64,000 nt of DNA, taken from the NCBI RefSeq assembly GCF_964204645.1, contig NC_134029.1, positions 18,284,950 through 18,348,949 on the forward strand. The letters run 5' to 3'. The notes under the pieces are model-generated. The model made no database searches and had not been told where the DNA came from. It saw only the letters and a program-made list of their open reading frames with translations. Of this stretch, positions 1-14,432 are shown one piece after another. This DNA is from Tubulanus polymorphus (taxonomy: Eukaryota; Animalia; Nemertea). The position numbers were made by a program, and so were the translations under genes. The stretch's first letter is position 1; the number at the start of each line of letters is the position of its first letter.

Positions 1-129
1 TAATCGGAACATCCGACTCCAGGGGCAAGTAAAAGAAAGTCATAACCTTAGCGCAAATATCACCGAAACATTACGAGACTGATTGCAATCTTGGGTTGGT
101 TGCAGAAGCAAAACCCCCAATCACAAAAA

Positions 130-640
130 GAACAACACATATGGTTCTAGGCCATTTATTTTGTCCCAATGATCGTAGGTTTTTGCATCAACCCCAAAAA
201 ATTGGTCTCATTATCCTAGTTACATTGGTCATAGTATCAAAATGGTTTTCGACCGGTCTTCAATCTAATTCTTAAGCGACAACACATACATATAGTTCTA
301 GGCCATTTATTTTGTTACTATGGTCATAGGTTTTTCTTGTTTAGTTCAATGGAGTTTTACATCCCAACTGCAAGTTGGTCTTAAGAGACGGTCAGGGCCT
401 TTTTATAGGTCGTTATGACTCGCAACCTGACAACCACGAGTAAGCAGAGCTCAGTCCATGTTTGTGTCTTGACGCCAGAGGTGGTTTCGAACCAGGGACC
501 TCTCGGTTCCCTGTCCTCCACTTAACCGCGCTGGACTTTTGCGTCAACCCTCGAAATATGGGCCTTATATCTTTATCCTAAGTTGTTATATCGGTTATAG
601 CAGCAAAATAGTTTTAGACCGGTCTTAAATCTAGAATTCT
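130..640. repeat. Two-unit ~150-bp tandem duplication; second unit split by the SINE
   Basis: 133-185 matches 279-335, and 181-272 matches 537-640. Confidence 0.65.
336..536 (-). mobile_element. tRNA-derived SINE, copy 1
   Basis: Minus strand has a tRNA-like head (degenerate A box, B box ggttcgaaacc), a body homologous to 37980-38210 and a 3' gggatgtaaaactcc...A-rich tail. Confidence 0.75.
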
Positions 641-1088
641 CGACTGTGCAGCTCAGCTGAGAAGATCAGAATTCTACACTGTATAGAAACCTCATCACAT
701 GAGAGAGTAGTAACGGTGAGAATAAATCAAATCGGAATCGATGGTATCCTTAATTTCCTCTTTATCCCGACTTCTGCGCTGAATTCTTTATTTACCGAGC
801 TAACAGGTTAGGTTTGTCGGCGGCTACCGCCGGGTGATCGAATGACCGCAGCAGACGCCAGACCGACTCCTATGTAATATACCAAATGAATAATACCCAG
901 TGCAACGACGACGACGGGATGGATGTTGTACTGTGATATATCAGTCATCGGTCGAGATTGATGAAGTAAGACAACATCATTGTCAATATTATCAACAGGA
1001 TGAAATGATCGATTGCTTGAATTACAACTTCGTAGTCTACGGTCAATATATAATAAAGCAAACCGTCATTATGCTGCGTGTATATACA

Positions 1089-1213
1089 TTAAGCCTCAGA
1101 CGCACTGGGCGATTTCGCCGGCCCAACTCAGTCACCGGCGATTTTATGACCGATTTAATCGCCGACAGACCCGGACACACTGGACGAAATCGCCCAGTGT
1201 GTCCTCGGCTTAA
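1089..1213. mobile_element. Short TIR element (MITE) flanked by TTAA
   Basis: ttaagcctcagacgcactgggcgatttcg ... cgaaatcgcccagtgtgtcctcggcttaa. Confidence 0.7.
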
Positions 1214-2859
1214 GCGGCATTGGGCGACTTACAGCTCGTCTCACTTTCTCGAGTACTGGGTCCAATTGCTGAAAGGTTACTTACAGTTAACCAGTTAGCA
1301 TAGTGACAGTTTAAACTTGCTTTGCTACTCGCACCCCAGTCAATGATTAGAATTTGATTTTGTAAGAGCAAAGACATTGCAACTCGAAATGAGAAATATC
1401 GAACTCAAGGCCTTGATATCTGGTACCTGATCGTTGATTTCAACGTCCTACGACTTTTAATTAGGTTTGGACCATTTTTGAGGCCATAACAACAAAGTTT
1501 TATACATTGATACCTAGAATGCAGCTATTTAAGGAGCTCTGTGTGAGTCAATGTGCACTATTTATTTTTTAGACGACATGCACTACGTCATCAATGTATC
1601 GGGGCTTTAGACCAGTGATAAGTTGATTTAGGAATATGTGTGAAAGCGCAGCATTGATTTGGCCAGTTCTTCATTGGTCCATGTGCAGGTCAAATAAGAA
1701 CAAACTATCTATGGACTAACTAGCGTTAATGAGTACTTTGCTATTAATGTTCACTTATACAACTGATGTGCAATGGGGTATCCGCACTCATCCGGATGGT
1801 GCCACGAAACACTGGGTCATTCCTAGCGAAGATCAGTTCATTTTCGATGAAGTTTGAACTTGATTTTTAGGCTTCCAAACCAGAAGATTATCCAACAAGT
1901 CATCGGATAGATATAACATTTGCTTTCTCACCCAGTATATGGTATTGACTTCACTAAAAATTTGTTTATTAATGAGAATACTGGATTCAAATTCAATTGA
2001 AATGTAGGAACTAAAGCGCAGTAACCCAGTAACCATTCGCGAACCTGGCGGAATCCTCGCTTGCCACAGTAGCATTGTCGGTGCCATTGGGAAAATAGCA
2101 GCTGAACATTTTTCAGAAATATAACCATAATCACAAGGCCTACAAGTAATAAACAAGAATCTATCGACTGAACTTTCCAATTAACCATGTTGACATTTTA
2201 CTGGCCCGTCTTAAATGCTGATCTCTTTTCTCGCGTTCTCGACTCGCCGGTTAACAAAACTTAATCGACACAACATCGATAAATTCATTAGCGCAAACGA
2301 CGACGACGACGAACGATGATAGTTTAGTTTAGTCAGTCGCTACCACCAACGAAAATGGATTCGTCTTCGACGCTGACGACGTCGGGTGTAAGAGAGTGCC
2401 AAACAGAAGTTTCCGATACGAATTTACATCTAAATAGCCGTCGTAAAAGACGCTTATTGTACGTGCAGAAATAGACTATGCGTGACTTAGCTCTCTAGCA
2501 GTGGCGCGCCCGTCTATCATAACATGAATAAAACATATCAGCTATAAAAGAGAAAAAAACACTCGGCCATCATAAAGCAATGACGAAAAACGATGCAAAC
2601 CGTCAACTATGACTAATGACTGGCTGTCAATGCTTATATTACCATTAAATATATATTTGTCATGTAAAACGCACAACTAACTACATATATTTATGTATAT
2701 TTATATACCGAGCGTTAAGTATGATTTCAATCCTGATATTCCAGCATTCTTTCATGCTACAGTAGAATATTTGAAGATTTGAATCATAACTGGAGAATTA
2801 GGTACCGATATAGGAAACAGACCTATTTCATCTTAAAATACGGATTATCCCTTTTATTT

Positions 2860-2955
2860 ATTTGATTGATAGATTTGGATTGATTTGCTTTGTCCCCTTA
2901 CCAACCCACCACACCTGCCAGGATCGAAACAGGTTTGATTTTGAAATCGGAAATC
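2860..2955 (-). repeat. Dispersed repeat with (AATC)-rich tail, SINE/LINE 3'-end-like; other copies at 8761-8850 and 25661-25748 (+)
   Basis: Shared atttcc.atttca.aatc.aaccctgtttc.ctcc...tgt.gtggg..tgtaaggac..caaatc core in three places. Confidence 0.6.
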
Positions 2956-4984
2956 GAAGAACAGATATAGTCGCGTGATCAGCGGATGAATTTTAATTGT
3001 TCCTTTGTTTAAATCATAGTAGTGAAATTTCGGTTCCGGTTCATGTAAAAAAATCTTCCAACAAGACGATCTATTCTAGCACCTGCAGCACGACATAAAC
3101 AGGAAACATGAAACAGAAACACTTTTCCAACTAGTTCCATGACTCTTCCATGGATAACACCATTGGGCAGACTTAATACATCATCATGATTCTATTCGAC
3201 CCGATCTTTGTCGCGGTTGTGCCCGACTTTCTTCAAGACGAAAAAAAACCAGATCGCGCGACCTTTTGCTTGACAACCATAATTGGCCAGTCTAAAGATC
3301 GTCCACGGAATTATCATCAGTTTCGCCTGGATGATGATGTAGAACTAATATACGCCTTACATCAATGCGTCACGAAAGGTTTATTATCCCAATAATTTGA
3401 ATGTCAACGCCGGCATTGACAATATGTCTAAAGTGATGGATGAAACGATCCGCCCGACTTAGTCGAAAATATTCAAATGTCACTCTTTCTTAACCATTTT
3501 TTCTTCCTCGGTTTCGAGTTCGATTATATCTCTCCGAGTTCTACCGCTCGCAATGAGCAACCAACTCGTGTACGCAAAATTGCACATTTTAGCCGGAAAA
3601 ATTTTTCGAATACGTCGTCAATCGCTTTATTCATGGTTCCTTGGTGATAAACGAGTTCATTAATATTCAAGTTCTGCTATTCATAGAATTGAAATTGTAC
3701 ATTTTGTATAATTACTGTAAGTACATTCCAACGATGGTTCGGACCTGAGCACAAGTGTCGAATACGGGGTAATAGTGCAAGGGTGTAGGAACATATATTC
3801 CACACGTAGATTCGGTTCTTAATTTTAACCTGATTCGAAGACCCACCGACTGTTGACAGGTGACATGGTATACTGGGTGACTGGTCGACTGCTTGACTGG
3901 GTGACTGGACCAGTTGCTCGGCCATGCAGTCAGTTAGTCATCCAGTCATCCAGTCACCCGGCCAGCTGCTGTGTAGTGCAGATGAATATGAATATGTGAT
4001 TTGTCCTGGAACTACTAAACTGTATCCTACACTTTGGCCCCTGACCTGAGCACAAGCAAATACTATACCATCAAATTGCAAATGAAGGAATGGCGTATCA
4101 CATTGTCGGAGGTGTTGTGTCTATGGTACATGTAATCATTCAGGCTCTCAACTCAAAACCTTGGCCCCATGACCCATTTGTGACTTGTTCATTATAACTT
4201 GTTCAAATTCCACTCATGGCCGAGTAACCTTAGTTGAAAATGAACTCATTCCTTAGCAGTCAATTTTACCAATGAATATGACCCACTGTGTTTACAACAT
4301 TTAGCTAATCTGTCATTGTTGGTTTCATCAAAACAGTCGAAATATACACCAACAAAACAATTGATATGTTAAGTAACTGTTTGAATATTACTGAAGTCTT
4401 TTAATGCATTTTTCATGTTCCCGCATATCGTACGCGTAGGTTTAGAAATCTTTCAAAAACCGCTACGATAAACGTTTCGCAGACATATTGACCGTTCAAA
4501 GAAGCAAATCGTGTTTCATCAAAAGTGTGTTTTATTGCTTTTTCTCATGAGCATTTAGAGGCGCACAGCGGACTCTCGTCGTCGTTCCAACGTAAAACAG
4601 CCAGTCGACAGCATTCAGACGACTTAGTAACCAAGAGACCCATTTCTAATCAAAGAGCTCGTGAAACAGGCATTATCCAAAATTTATGGCGAACCTCATG
4701 CATCCGAATGCAAATAAATACTCTTTGAAGAACACGAAGCACCATCGTATAAAAGGCATTTTATTCAAATTTGGCCAATCGCGTAGTAGAAATTGTGACG
4801 ACAGTCTGGATGTCTCTAGAGGCTTTATATGGCTGGCACTTTGTTTGCCGTAGATAATTATCCAATATCAGCGAGAACGTTGAAATCACCCACAGCAATA
4901 TTATAGAGTACACAGCACATTCAATCTCTATCTTGCTACATTAAGCCTACGCATGCTACGAGAAAACTGGATGTTTCATCATCC

Positions 4985-5352
4985 ACCATTACCAGACTAC
5001 AGATCGGAAGGAACCCGTGAAAGACCACCCATCACCACTCCAGACTAGAAGCGGGTACACAATTTCAAGACTCCAGACTAGAGGGTAGACCACTACGAGA
5101 CTCCAGACTAGAGGGTATAGAGCATTACCAGACTCCAGCTTAGACCATTACCAGACTCCAGAATAAAGGGTGGACCATTACCACACTCCAGACTAGAGGG
5201 TACACCATTTCATGACTCAAGACTAGAGGGTACAAGATTACCAGACTCATAGTCTAGAGGGTAGACCATTACAAGTCTCAAGACTAAAAGGTTTACCATT
5301 ATGAGACTCAACACTAGATTTGCACCACAATAATATATCATACTCCAGACAA
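4985..5352. repeat. Degenerate minisatellite, ~29-bp unit
   Basis: Repeated accattaccagactccagactagagggta(g/c). Confidence 0.85.
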
Positions 5353-8300
5353 TAGACATGTACACATTCATCATTATGGATCCCACTACTACAGTAAATG
5401 ATTTGTCATGAACACTAATTTCTGGACTTAGTACTCATTCCGTATGGGGACTTCATCATCTAATTTCTAGCTCATAGCACTGCTTGTTTTAGATTATCTC
5501 ATAGTTTATATTGATGTTTTATTTGCAAAAGGCATTTTTGTGGACTGATGAATCTGTGCGTGGAATATCTTCATTTGTAATGTCTGAATCAGCAGAACAT
5601 CAGAAATGTTCGATCGAAGGGCGCAGTCTACGTAGTTTTTCCTCTTTCATCACGATGTTTTGATCATAATCGTCTCGCATCGCTTTGAAAACTGCCAAAG
5701 CACCGATGCACACGCAAAGCGATGAACAGCACTCGACTGACTAAACAGTAGTTTTACATTAGACTCTGCGAGTCGCCCGGTCTGCCGGATACATGCGAAG
5801 CACGTTCCTCAGTCTCTTCCTCGCTGTATGCGCGCGTACTGCTGTAGCCGTGATACAATCGTCACCCACGAACTGTCACTAGAGGATCAAGTTTACAAAA
5901 TCATCTGTTCTGCGGACAGCTCTATTGAGGCTAACAACCACTCACACGTGTCTTTCGAGAGCACTCGTGTAGAAACACTGCTCCAATAAGAGCCTTTCAC
6001 CATTGATTACGATTGCTAGTATTAGAGCCAGCACTTACTCTCATGTCTTGTATAATTAATCTGCATTGCAAGCGCGGAGCGAGTGATGTTGCCTAGTTAA
6101 TTACTTACCATACAATACGGGAGAGGAAACATTTGCTGTCATTAATTCACAACCGTCCAGACAATCGGATCCAATAACCTATCAGCAGCTACGATGCGAT
6201 CTCAGAAATCACAGAAATCGCCCAATGCATGTCAATGTGGAATCAGCTCGATAAGAACACTCTCCTTAAACCTAAGAAATTTGTCAATTCTCATTTCTTT
6301 CCCTTTTGTTCTTTCTTTTTCCTTCCCCCTTTTACAGGGTGCTTGTGACAGCAGCCTTAAGGCTTTGTTTGGCCCACAAAGAAAGTTACTTTTCTTTCTC
6401 TCTTTTAATACGTGCTTCTTCAATCGAGCGATTGAATTTTAAACTGGCCATTACGGAGTAGGCGATTTTGTTGCTAATTCAGCCATGAAATTAAAAATTC
6501 TATTTTTTGTTTGCCTTTTCTATCCTTGGTTATCTCTGTATATAGCCTGTCATGCTTTCCATGAAATAGAATTGAACTTGAGCAGTTCAACTTTTCATTC
6601 ATATCAGTAGAATTGTGGGTTCACGAAATCACAGGCCCACCAGATTATTGAGATGGGAAGAATGGTTGAGATACCAACTGTACTTCCAGTAAGAGACCAC
6701 AAGGGTTTCTGGTGTGTCCAAACAGCATCGTGAGTTTTTTAAGGTTGGATCTTCCCCAATCCCCGGTGATTGGTCAAAGTCGACAAGATGAATGGAAGTT
6801 GATATGGCAGAAGGTGTTGGCCTGGTTAGTGCTCCCTCAACCAAGCGATTGAATTCTAAACTGGTAACAGAGTAACCATTGAAAAAACACTATATCCGTG
6901 TTATGACGATAATACAGAGAGAATCCACGATAACAATGAAAATTTGTGAAAATGTTTCCTTGAGCAAGTAGTTTATTCAATGGTTCGACTTAATTCTAAT
7001 AGTCATCTTCAGGCATACTGACAGAAGATGACTATTAAGAGTATTGTCAATTCGATTAGAGTAATGCCTATTTCCCGAACTTGATTCACCAGACACTGAA
7101 GGAGCTATGACTCCTTTGAGATTTGGTCAATACAACTAGATTCACGACAATATTCATTGAAGTCAAATTACCACAAAAATTATTCCTTCTACATTAAGTA
7201 AGTTACCTCTGAAACTGATTTAATGATAGAATAATCTGACTTCTTTAAGCCTAGCTGTGAAGTGTACAATTACAAATTGATATATACTACTGCATTCAAA
7301 TACATTTAATCCTGAAAACTTTGAATAACCAACAATATGAAAACTATTGTCAACTGAATAACAGGCTAGTGGATACGTTCATACTGCCATGAGTTTGTAC
7401 CGTTGAAATATTGAATATAAATCTTAGATAGAAAACCACCGAAGTAATATCAATTCCCGACAAAAGTCGAATATACAGAGATGTGGGGATGCTTGTAGCA
7501 AAAACCAATCCGACGATACGATATCACAGGTGCTGTAGAAGTGACTAAATTAAAATGCCGTTACATAAAACACCGGGGAAATGAGGTGCCATCTCAAATT
7601 GCTCGATTATTATTCTCGTCGGTTACACGTTTGACAGATTGTAAATAGTTTTTGCTCGGGGTTTTTTCTTTTCCTCGTCGGCGGATTCCAGCAGCTCAAT
7701 CACGCTTATGTAAACGCGATACACCGCCTAGCGAGATCAATAAGGAAACACGAGGCCTCACGCTATCACCGGCGCTCGCTGTGCGTTCACTCGCTGCTTG
7801 CATACGAAATCCAGTTACGTTATTGAAAACGTCGTGGCAATGAAAAATGTCAACGATGATGACGAACGAAGACCACGACGGCCAGCTAGCCGAGATTCTG
7901 TCAAGGGATCTCTCTACGACGTGTGATTAATGCTCGCGCCAAACGTTCGTTCTTATAACGTATACCGTACAAACGAAAATGTCTTGAGATAAAAATAGTC
8001 TCGAGATACGAGCCGCGTTCGCACTACGGTACTCGGAATGTTCGAAATTCAACCCATTCCAATTTAGAGAAATCGATCACACCGACAAAAAGCCTTTTCT
8101 TAATTGGTCCATTCTATCAATTTAGAATGAACCGATTTTAACCGACCCGAACGACTGATCTAGGTCTGTTTCAGAATAGACCATGTCTCTGAATGAAAAA
8201 TCTGCTTTCATCACCTGTAAATCAGTGTTGCGTCTAGCCGGACCAGCGACAAAAGCCAAATTTGACACTGGTCTGGTACAAATTATCTCTTGTTTGATAA

Positions 8301-9062
8301 CAGCTTATGTCTCTTCTAACGAGGCCCATACATCAAACTGAACCAATTTAGGCTTCAATAAGACCCTTAGTGCTTACACCTATGTTTTCAATGAAGAATT
8401 TTAATCTGAATACAGATATGGATATAGATTACCATGGCTACCATGAAAAAAGCTGTCCTACTTTTCTTGTCACACTTTACTTCTGGAAAAACGCATTTCC
8501 TTGCATCGTATTTTTCAAAATTCATTACAGAGGACCTATACATCGCCCAGCTCAGCTTTGTGCCATTACCATCTCACCATCCCCAATGAGCCCCAGTAAA
8601 TTGGTGATCAACTTGGCACTTAGCTTAGTAAGTACATGTTTTTAAATGTTCAGCTATGTTAAAATGAACCAGAACTGAAATTTCCAATTAACTATTTCGA
8701 TTAAAAGAGAAAATCATGCATTTTTCGACCTTCAACTTAACTGCAACATTTTGTACTTCAATTTCCAATTTCAGAATCAAACCCTGTTTCGCTCCTGACA
8801 TTTGTAGTGGGTTTGTAAGGACACCAAATCAAAACAAATCAAACCAAATTTACTGATCAAATAATAAATAAGAGATTAAGTCAGATGTTCATGGTCCCCT
8901 CTTCCACTGCCCCTTTTTTCACCTGATACCCGTTCTTTGCAAATTACTGGATCTGCCCCTGAAATGGACCAGTTTAATATGCAGCCTCGGCACTCGTTTG
9001 AGAATTGACTGAATCTATTTCCATGCTCATAGCACCGATGTGGATATGACGATCAAAGCATT

Positions 9063-9092
<30 letters not shown>
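9063..9092. repeat. (CAG)n microsatellite
   Basis: agcagcagc... run of about 10 units. Confidence 0.9.
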
Positions 9093-9094
<2 letters not shown>

Positions 9095-9385
9095 CAATCG
9101 TCATCGTCAAATATCACGAGACATCGTTCGCGCTTAGACGAGTTCGCAGATAAGAAAGGTAATTTGACGGAAAACTAATCCGGCAATCACTCGTCGACAC
9201 GGCAACCATTAAAAGAGAACATAAAAATACCGCACGGTTTAATAAAAGTTTTCACTTTTTTTACCCGCAGCGCAAACACAGCGCCAGGCGAAAGCCTCGC
9301 AAGATCGAGGAATTATTAACAGTATCATCTCTCCATAGCAACCGAACTGAAAATGCAATTTTGATTTCTCAAGAAAATGGATTGA

Positions 9386-9906
9386 CCCTTTCAGTGCTGA
9401 CTAATTAATACATGAGAGTGTAGGATAATTTGTAAATTTTTAAATATACCACCACAGTATATTGAATAAAAAGCATACCGCTTTAGTGCGTCTACACCAC
9501 GGTGCGGTGTATCATTAGTTACTAATATTTCACTATGTTTGACAGGTGTAGAGAGAATCCCACAATTATAACGAAAAAGTCAGAAAATGAAACTTCGAGA
9601 TAGTAGTTTATTTCAACGTTTCAACGTTTGACAGGTGCTGCCATCGTTTAATATAGATCACTAATCACAACATCAATGCACCATGATGCGGTGTACTAGC
9701 AAAATCCATCACTGATTTATACACTGCACAGCATTGAAAGGATTTAAGAGCGTTCCCAAAAGTACAACTGGATCATGTAAAAGTAAAGGTGCTGCCATCA
9801 TTTAACGTGGATATCTAATTACTTATAACATCAATACACCACGATGCAGTGTAAGAGCAACACCCATCACTGATCTATACACTGCACTGAGGAAGCATTG
9901 AAAGGG
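9386..9906. mobile_element. piggyBac-like non-autonomous element with duplicated right end
   Basis: ttga|ccctttcagtgct ... agcattgaaaggg|ttaa; ~155-bp direct duplication 9632-9780 / 9788-9946. Confidence 0.5.
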
Positions 9907-10359
9907 TTAAAAAGAGCTTTCCCAAAAGTACAGCTGGATCATGTAACGTGTTTAACATGTGACTCTCGATGAAATGGAAAATTTGGAACAACTACATTCT
10001 GCCAATAATGCGTCAACGAATAAGCAAATTTATCAAAGACGTGCCCATAAAGATGACGTGGCCATGGCAACCAAAATTTGAAATAAGATAGATAATGATA
10101 ATAATGAAAATATATCTTGTTTATCATGTAGCACTACTTTCTCAAATAAGAAGAGACTCTGCGCTTTACGATATGAAACATTATGGAAAACGAATGAAAA
10201 CAATTATATTCTTTTACTTTTTAGGTATTCTTTTTAATCTTGAAATAACTTAAGCATAGCAGGGTGTTAAGTGATATTCAGTTTGTGAGTACGATTGACT
10301 TTTTATATGAACAAACCTTCATAGATAATAAAAGAAACAAGCCACAGGTGCAAAAACAG

Positions 10360-11870
10360 TTCTTAGGCTCAGACTCGAATCAGGAACTCCGAAATTCACA
10401 TGCATTAGTTCCCATTGCATTTTGGTTATGTTGTTTCTAGAGCCAAAAGCTAAATTTTCTCAAGAAATTTTTGAATTTTTTTGAATTTTTGATACTGCTT
10501 CTCAGTTATGCCTAGTTCTGCCGCTAGGTGGCACACTGAGTCCATTCTCTGCACTGCACAACTGGACCCCCATACAAAAATTACAAGTTTCATCAAGATC
10601 GACCCACTATTAACGAAGCTAAGTATCTGCAAGACAGACGCACAGATACGCACTATGAAAATAAGGGTTTCATAATGGAAGCTCCAGTTGCATTTTCGCT
10701 CGACTGCAAAAATTCATAACTAATAATTTGGATTTCTTGGTTTTCACTTGTCAAATCAATTTTCAGTTCATTTTTTTTGTATAAGTCGGTGTACTGTTAA
10801 AACGGAATTCCTTTCACGTTCACGAGTTGTTTCTTCACGTTAATGTCTATTGATGTAAAGCCGGGGTTGCAGTCTCAATATATACCGCAAGCCGCTGTCG
10901 ACGAGATAGCCAACAACCCACGATACACACGGTATATCAGAATATGACAACCTTCGGCGATATCCCCAGATCGCCGCGTTCACCGCGCTCGTAAGCAAAT
11001 AAAATTATTCAAGCGATCTATCACGAGAGTTCTGGCTGACAGGCAATACATCGACCATCAGCGACGACGTCGACTGCAGCCCGCCGCTGCTGCCGATACG
11101 TCGTCATCGCATGCGAAATTTAATCGCAAATTCTTTAAAAGGCCCCGCGTCAAATTCATGCAAATGCGTTTAACCCCCGAACGAACGAAAGCTTTAGCGA
11201 GCGATAAATTCGATTGTAACGATATTCCGACAAACACGAGAATTCAAACGCGACGCAATTCGAACGCGAAAACCGTTTCATGTTTAACCCTTGTAATGGG
11301 AGAATCCGTCATTAATATTCTAATCGAATTGTAGTTGAGACTATGGCGCGAAATAAGAAACAGATTTCGAGATTGTGAATCGCGTTTGCCTTCCTATTGC
11401 ACAGTGAAACAAGAAACATACTGAAACAAATGTTATGGAAACAGCAATTGAAATATTTCTTGTTTTGCAAAATCCAGCATGTTGGTTTCGTGTTTTTGGT
11501 TCTTGAGCTTTTATTAAGAGACCTTCATTCTCGTACTGTCTGTCTGTGTGTGTCAGTGTGTGTGTGTCAGTCTTTCAGCTACTTACCTTTATCAATAGTG
11601 GGTCGATCTTGATTTTACTTAGGTACAATGTTAGCATAGGGGTCTAGTCGTGCTGTTCAACGAATGTGCCCAGTGCGCCACCTAGTGGCAGAACTAGACA
11701 CTGTTTTTCAGCAACATGACCTTGAAGATGACCTCATAACTGATGAAAAGGGCAAAAATTCAAAAAGCTGTTTCGACAAAAATCTAGCAATTGCCCCTAG
11801 GTACAAGATATCCAAAATACAATGGGAACTGATACACAGTAATTTCGGAGTTCGTGATTGAGCCCGAGAA
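10360..11870. mobile_element. Inverted pair of ~300-bp repeats (10360-10655 and 11535-11870)
   Basis: e.g. atcaagatcgacccactatt vs aatagtgggtcgatcttgat; tagttctgccgctaggtggcacactg vs cagtgcgccacctagtggcagaacta. Confidence 0.7.
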
Positions 11871-11982
11871 CCGTTGTTGCCTACGCTTATTTTATTTAGA
11901 AACATATATGTTTTGTGATTATTCTGTGCTGAAAAACACTAAGCGAAGAATAGATTAGAATAAATAAGTATATATGTAGTTG

Positions 11983-12074
11983 TAATTGTAGCTATACCCA
12001 GGGAGGTGGGAGTGCTCCCTGCTATACCCGAGAACGGGAGCCTACTACATACTCTATCTCCCTATAGCTTGTGC
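11983..12074. repeat. ~90-bp dispersed module, near-identical copy at 17637-17727
   Basis: taattgtagctatacccagggaggtgggagtgct.cctgctatacccgagaa.gggagcc.ac.acatactctatctccctatagcttgtg in both places. Confidence 0.85.
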
Positions 12075-14164
12075 AACCAAGGAAGTAACAGTAACCTTCT
12101 TCAATATTTGCTAAGAACCTCCTTGGTGAAACAATTTAGGTAATCAGCGCCACCAACTTGTACAATTCAATAAATTCTAACCGTGAAGTATATACATATT
12201 ATCATGAACAGTCATGTAATTATTTTGCAGCTTATCGTAGTTTTATTCCGAACAGAAAGATGTCAATCGCGTAGGTCGGTCTAACATTTTCATTTTCGAA
12301 AGGTTCGCTGAAAAAACATTGAAGAAAAACAAACAATTACAATCTGTATTGATCAGATTATATACAATCTGCATTTCAGCTTTTCCGAACAACCCATATT
12401 CAGATAACATTGTCAACACTGCCAGCTAATGATCGCCTACACCAATATAGAATGTATAGATTACATGTGTTGCAGGGAATTTTTCGAACCAAAAATGGAA
12501 ATTGTTGAATCAAATGACTAGTAACTCAATTGTCATAATATTCATTCGTTGTGAGATCAAATCTTACAAGTTTAAGCTTGGATGATAATAAGCCATTATT
12601 AATTATCTAAGTCAAGCTTACTTTTATATCCTGGGCCTGATTTCAAGTTTAAATCTGGTCTATATGAAGAAAGCTTCTAGGATTTCGTAGGCTTTATCAA
12701 AAGAAAATGTTAAAACTCATCTATGAGACTGGGCTAACTGCGTTGTGAAAATAAATCTAAAATCAAAAGGCTAGTTTTAAAATGTTAGACGCTAAAGAAC
12801 TAAAATGAGTAATAGACTGGTCTTAAATCTAAGCCATGACTATCATCCGGTTTAGTATTTAAGTAGTCTCCTGACTTGGTGCTGGTCAACTCCAAAAATG
12901 CTCACGTTGAATTTCACTTTGATTAGTCGATTCTAACTCGGTATCCAGTCATTAACAAAGTTCCACCTACATGTCGGCCTTATGAAACATTGTGCAGCGA
13001 TTTCTAAAGATGCACTCTTTGGTAACACTTTTCCATTCGTTTTGTTCAAAATATACATATGCTTCAAATTTACTTGATTGTAGGGGAAAAAACAAAATTT
13101 TCATCCCTTATGTGCAAGAAGTTGTGAAAAAGCTTCTCTTTGTATACAATTTTCGAACCATTTTCTGAGTGATTACTACCAGGACCCAATATGTTGCAGG
13201 GCTACTTTCAAGAAAAGAATTCCACTTCCATGAAAATCAAACCCCCTACAAAGACATGGCGGGCTACAGGATGCTTAATGCGTATAATATTTTCAGTTCA
13301 AAGTTCATAGTTCAAATGATACCCGAGTAAAGGCAGAATACCAGTCTAGTTTACAAAGAGTCAATCGATTCATAATCACAGGTTTCTTATACGCGACAAG
13401 TCGACATAGATAAAAATTGATACGATCTGTAATGGACAGGTGTATATAACAGCAGCAGTGTCGTCTGACTTTTCAACACGAAAAGCTTCTCGATACACGA
13501 GAGTTGTAATTAAATGATGAAATTTCATCCCGGAAGCTGAAATGATCAATTTAACTTGACATTTCATTAATGCTGCAAGCCCCTTCAACATGAATTACAG
13601 TGTTTCCATCCGTAGGATACGACAACAACACAACAGACGAATGAATGTCTTGTTATAGAATTTTTGATCGATGATGATCCTGGTTTTTCAATTATCATCG
13701 AGTTTATTTATGACCGCGTTTTGTGAGGTTTCAGTTTTCTCGAGCCAGCGTCCGAACCATTTCTAACATTACTTTCTGACAGTCATATATTTTAGACTTA
13801 CACGGTTACTAGTCAAGACAAAAGTTCACGTATGAAATCGGGCCTCGGACTTATTACTGTAAGGCTAAAGAGAATTTAGGCCTTGTTTATCATTTCTGCT
13901 GAGCTTATAAGGTGACCCCCCCCCCCGGCAGCTATAGAAATAGTTTACAAAATGACCCAACTGGAAAAACAAGGTATCATTGTTTCTAGCCTAGTGGAAA
14001 GAAGATTTTAGGTTTTTCAGGATGAGATGATACAGAACTAAGAGAAACAAGATATACACCCCATAGAGGTGATAAGAATATGAATTGGAAAGAAGAATAA
14101 TTTGATATTAAATCATCGCATAAGGGAGATAATAATCATGACTAACAAGATGCAACCTTCTTGC

Positions 14165-14432
14165 GCGGCAGATCTAGGATTCTTTTAAAGGGTATAAACC
14201 TGAAAATTGAAAAGCACATATTTGGCATTATGTGAGGGCTACAAGCACGAAAATTGATTTGGGCTTCTGGTGGCCCTCCCACAGAAAATCTAGGAGAAAA
14301 AGCGGCTTTTCTGGCCCTCATCACGACCCATCACTTCCTTATTATTTGTCCTTTAAAAGTTTTCAGTCTTTTTGTAGGGCACATTTGAATTTTGAAAGGG
14401 TGGACCAGTCCACACGATCCTAAATCCACCCT
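14165..14432 (+). mobile_element. hAT-like MITE family with ggcggatc/gatccgcc ends; homologous copy at 25185-25430
   Basis: ggcagatctaggattctt...cctgaaaattg...tctggtggccctc.cacagaaaat...ttctggcc.t.atcacgaccca shared; related ends at ~8950, 28485-28668, 36400, 41630, 44128. Confidence 0.55.
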
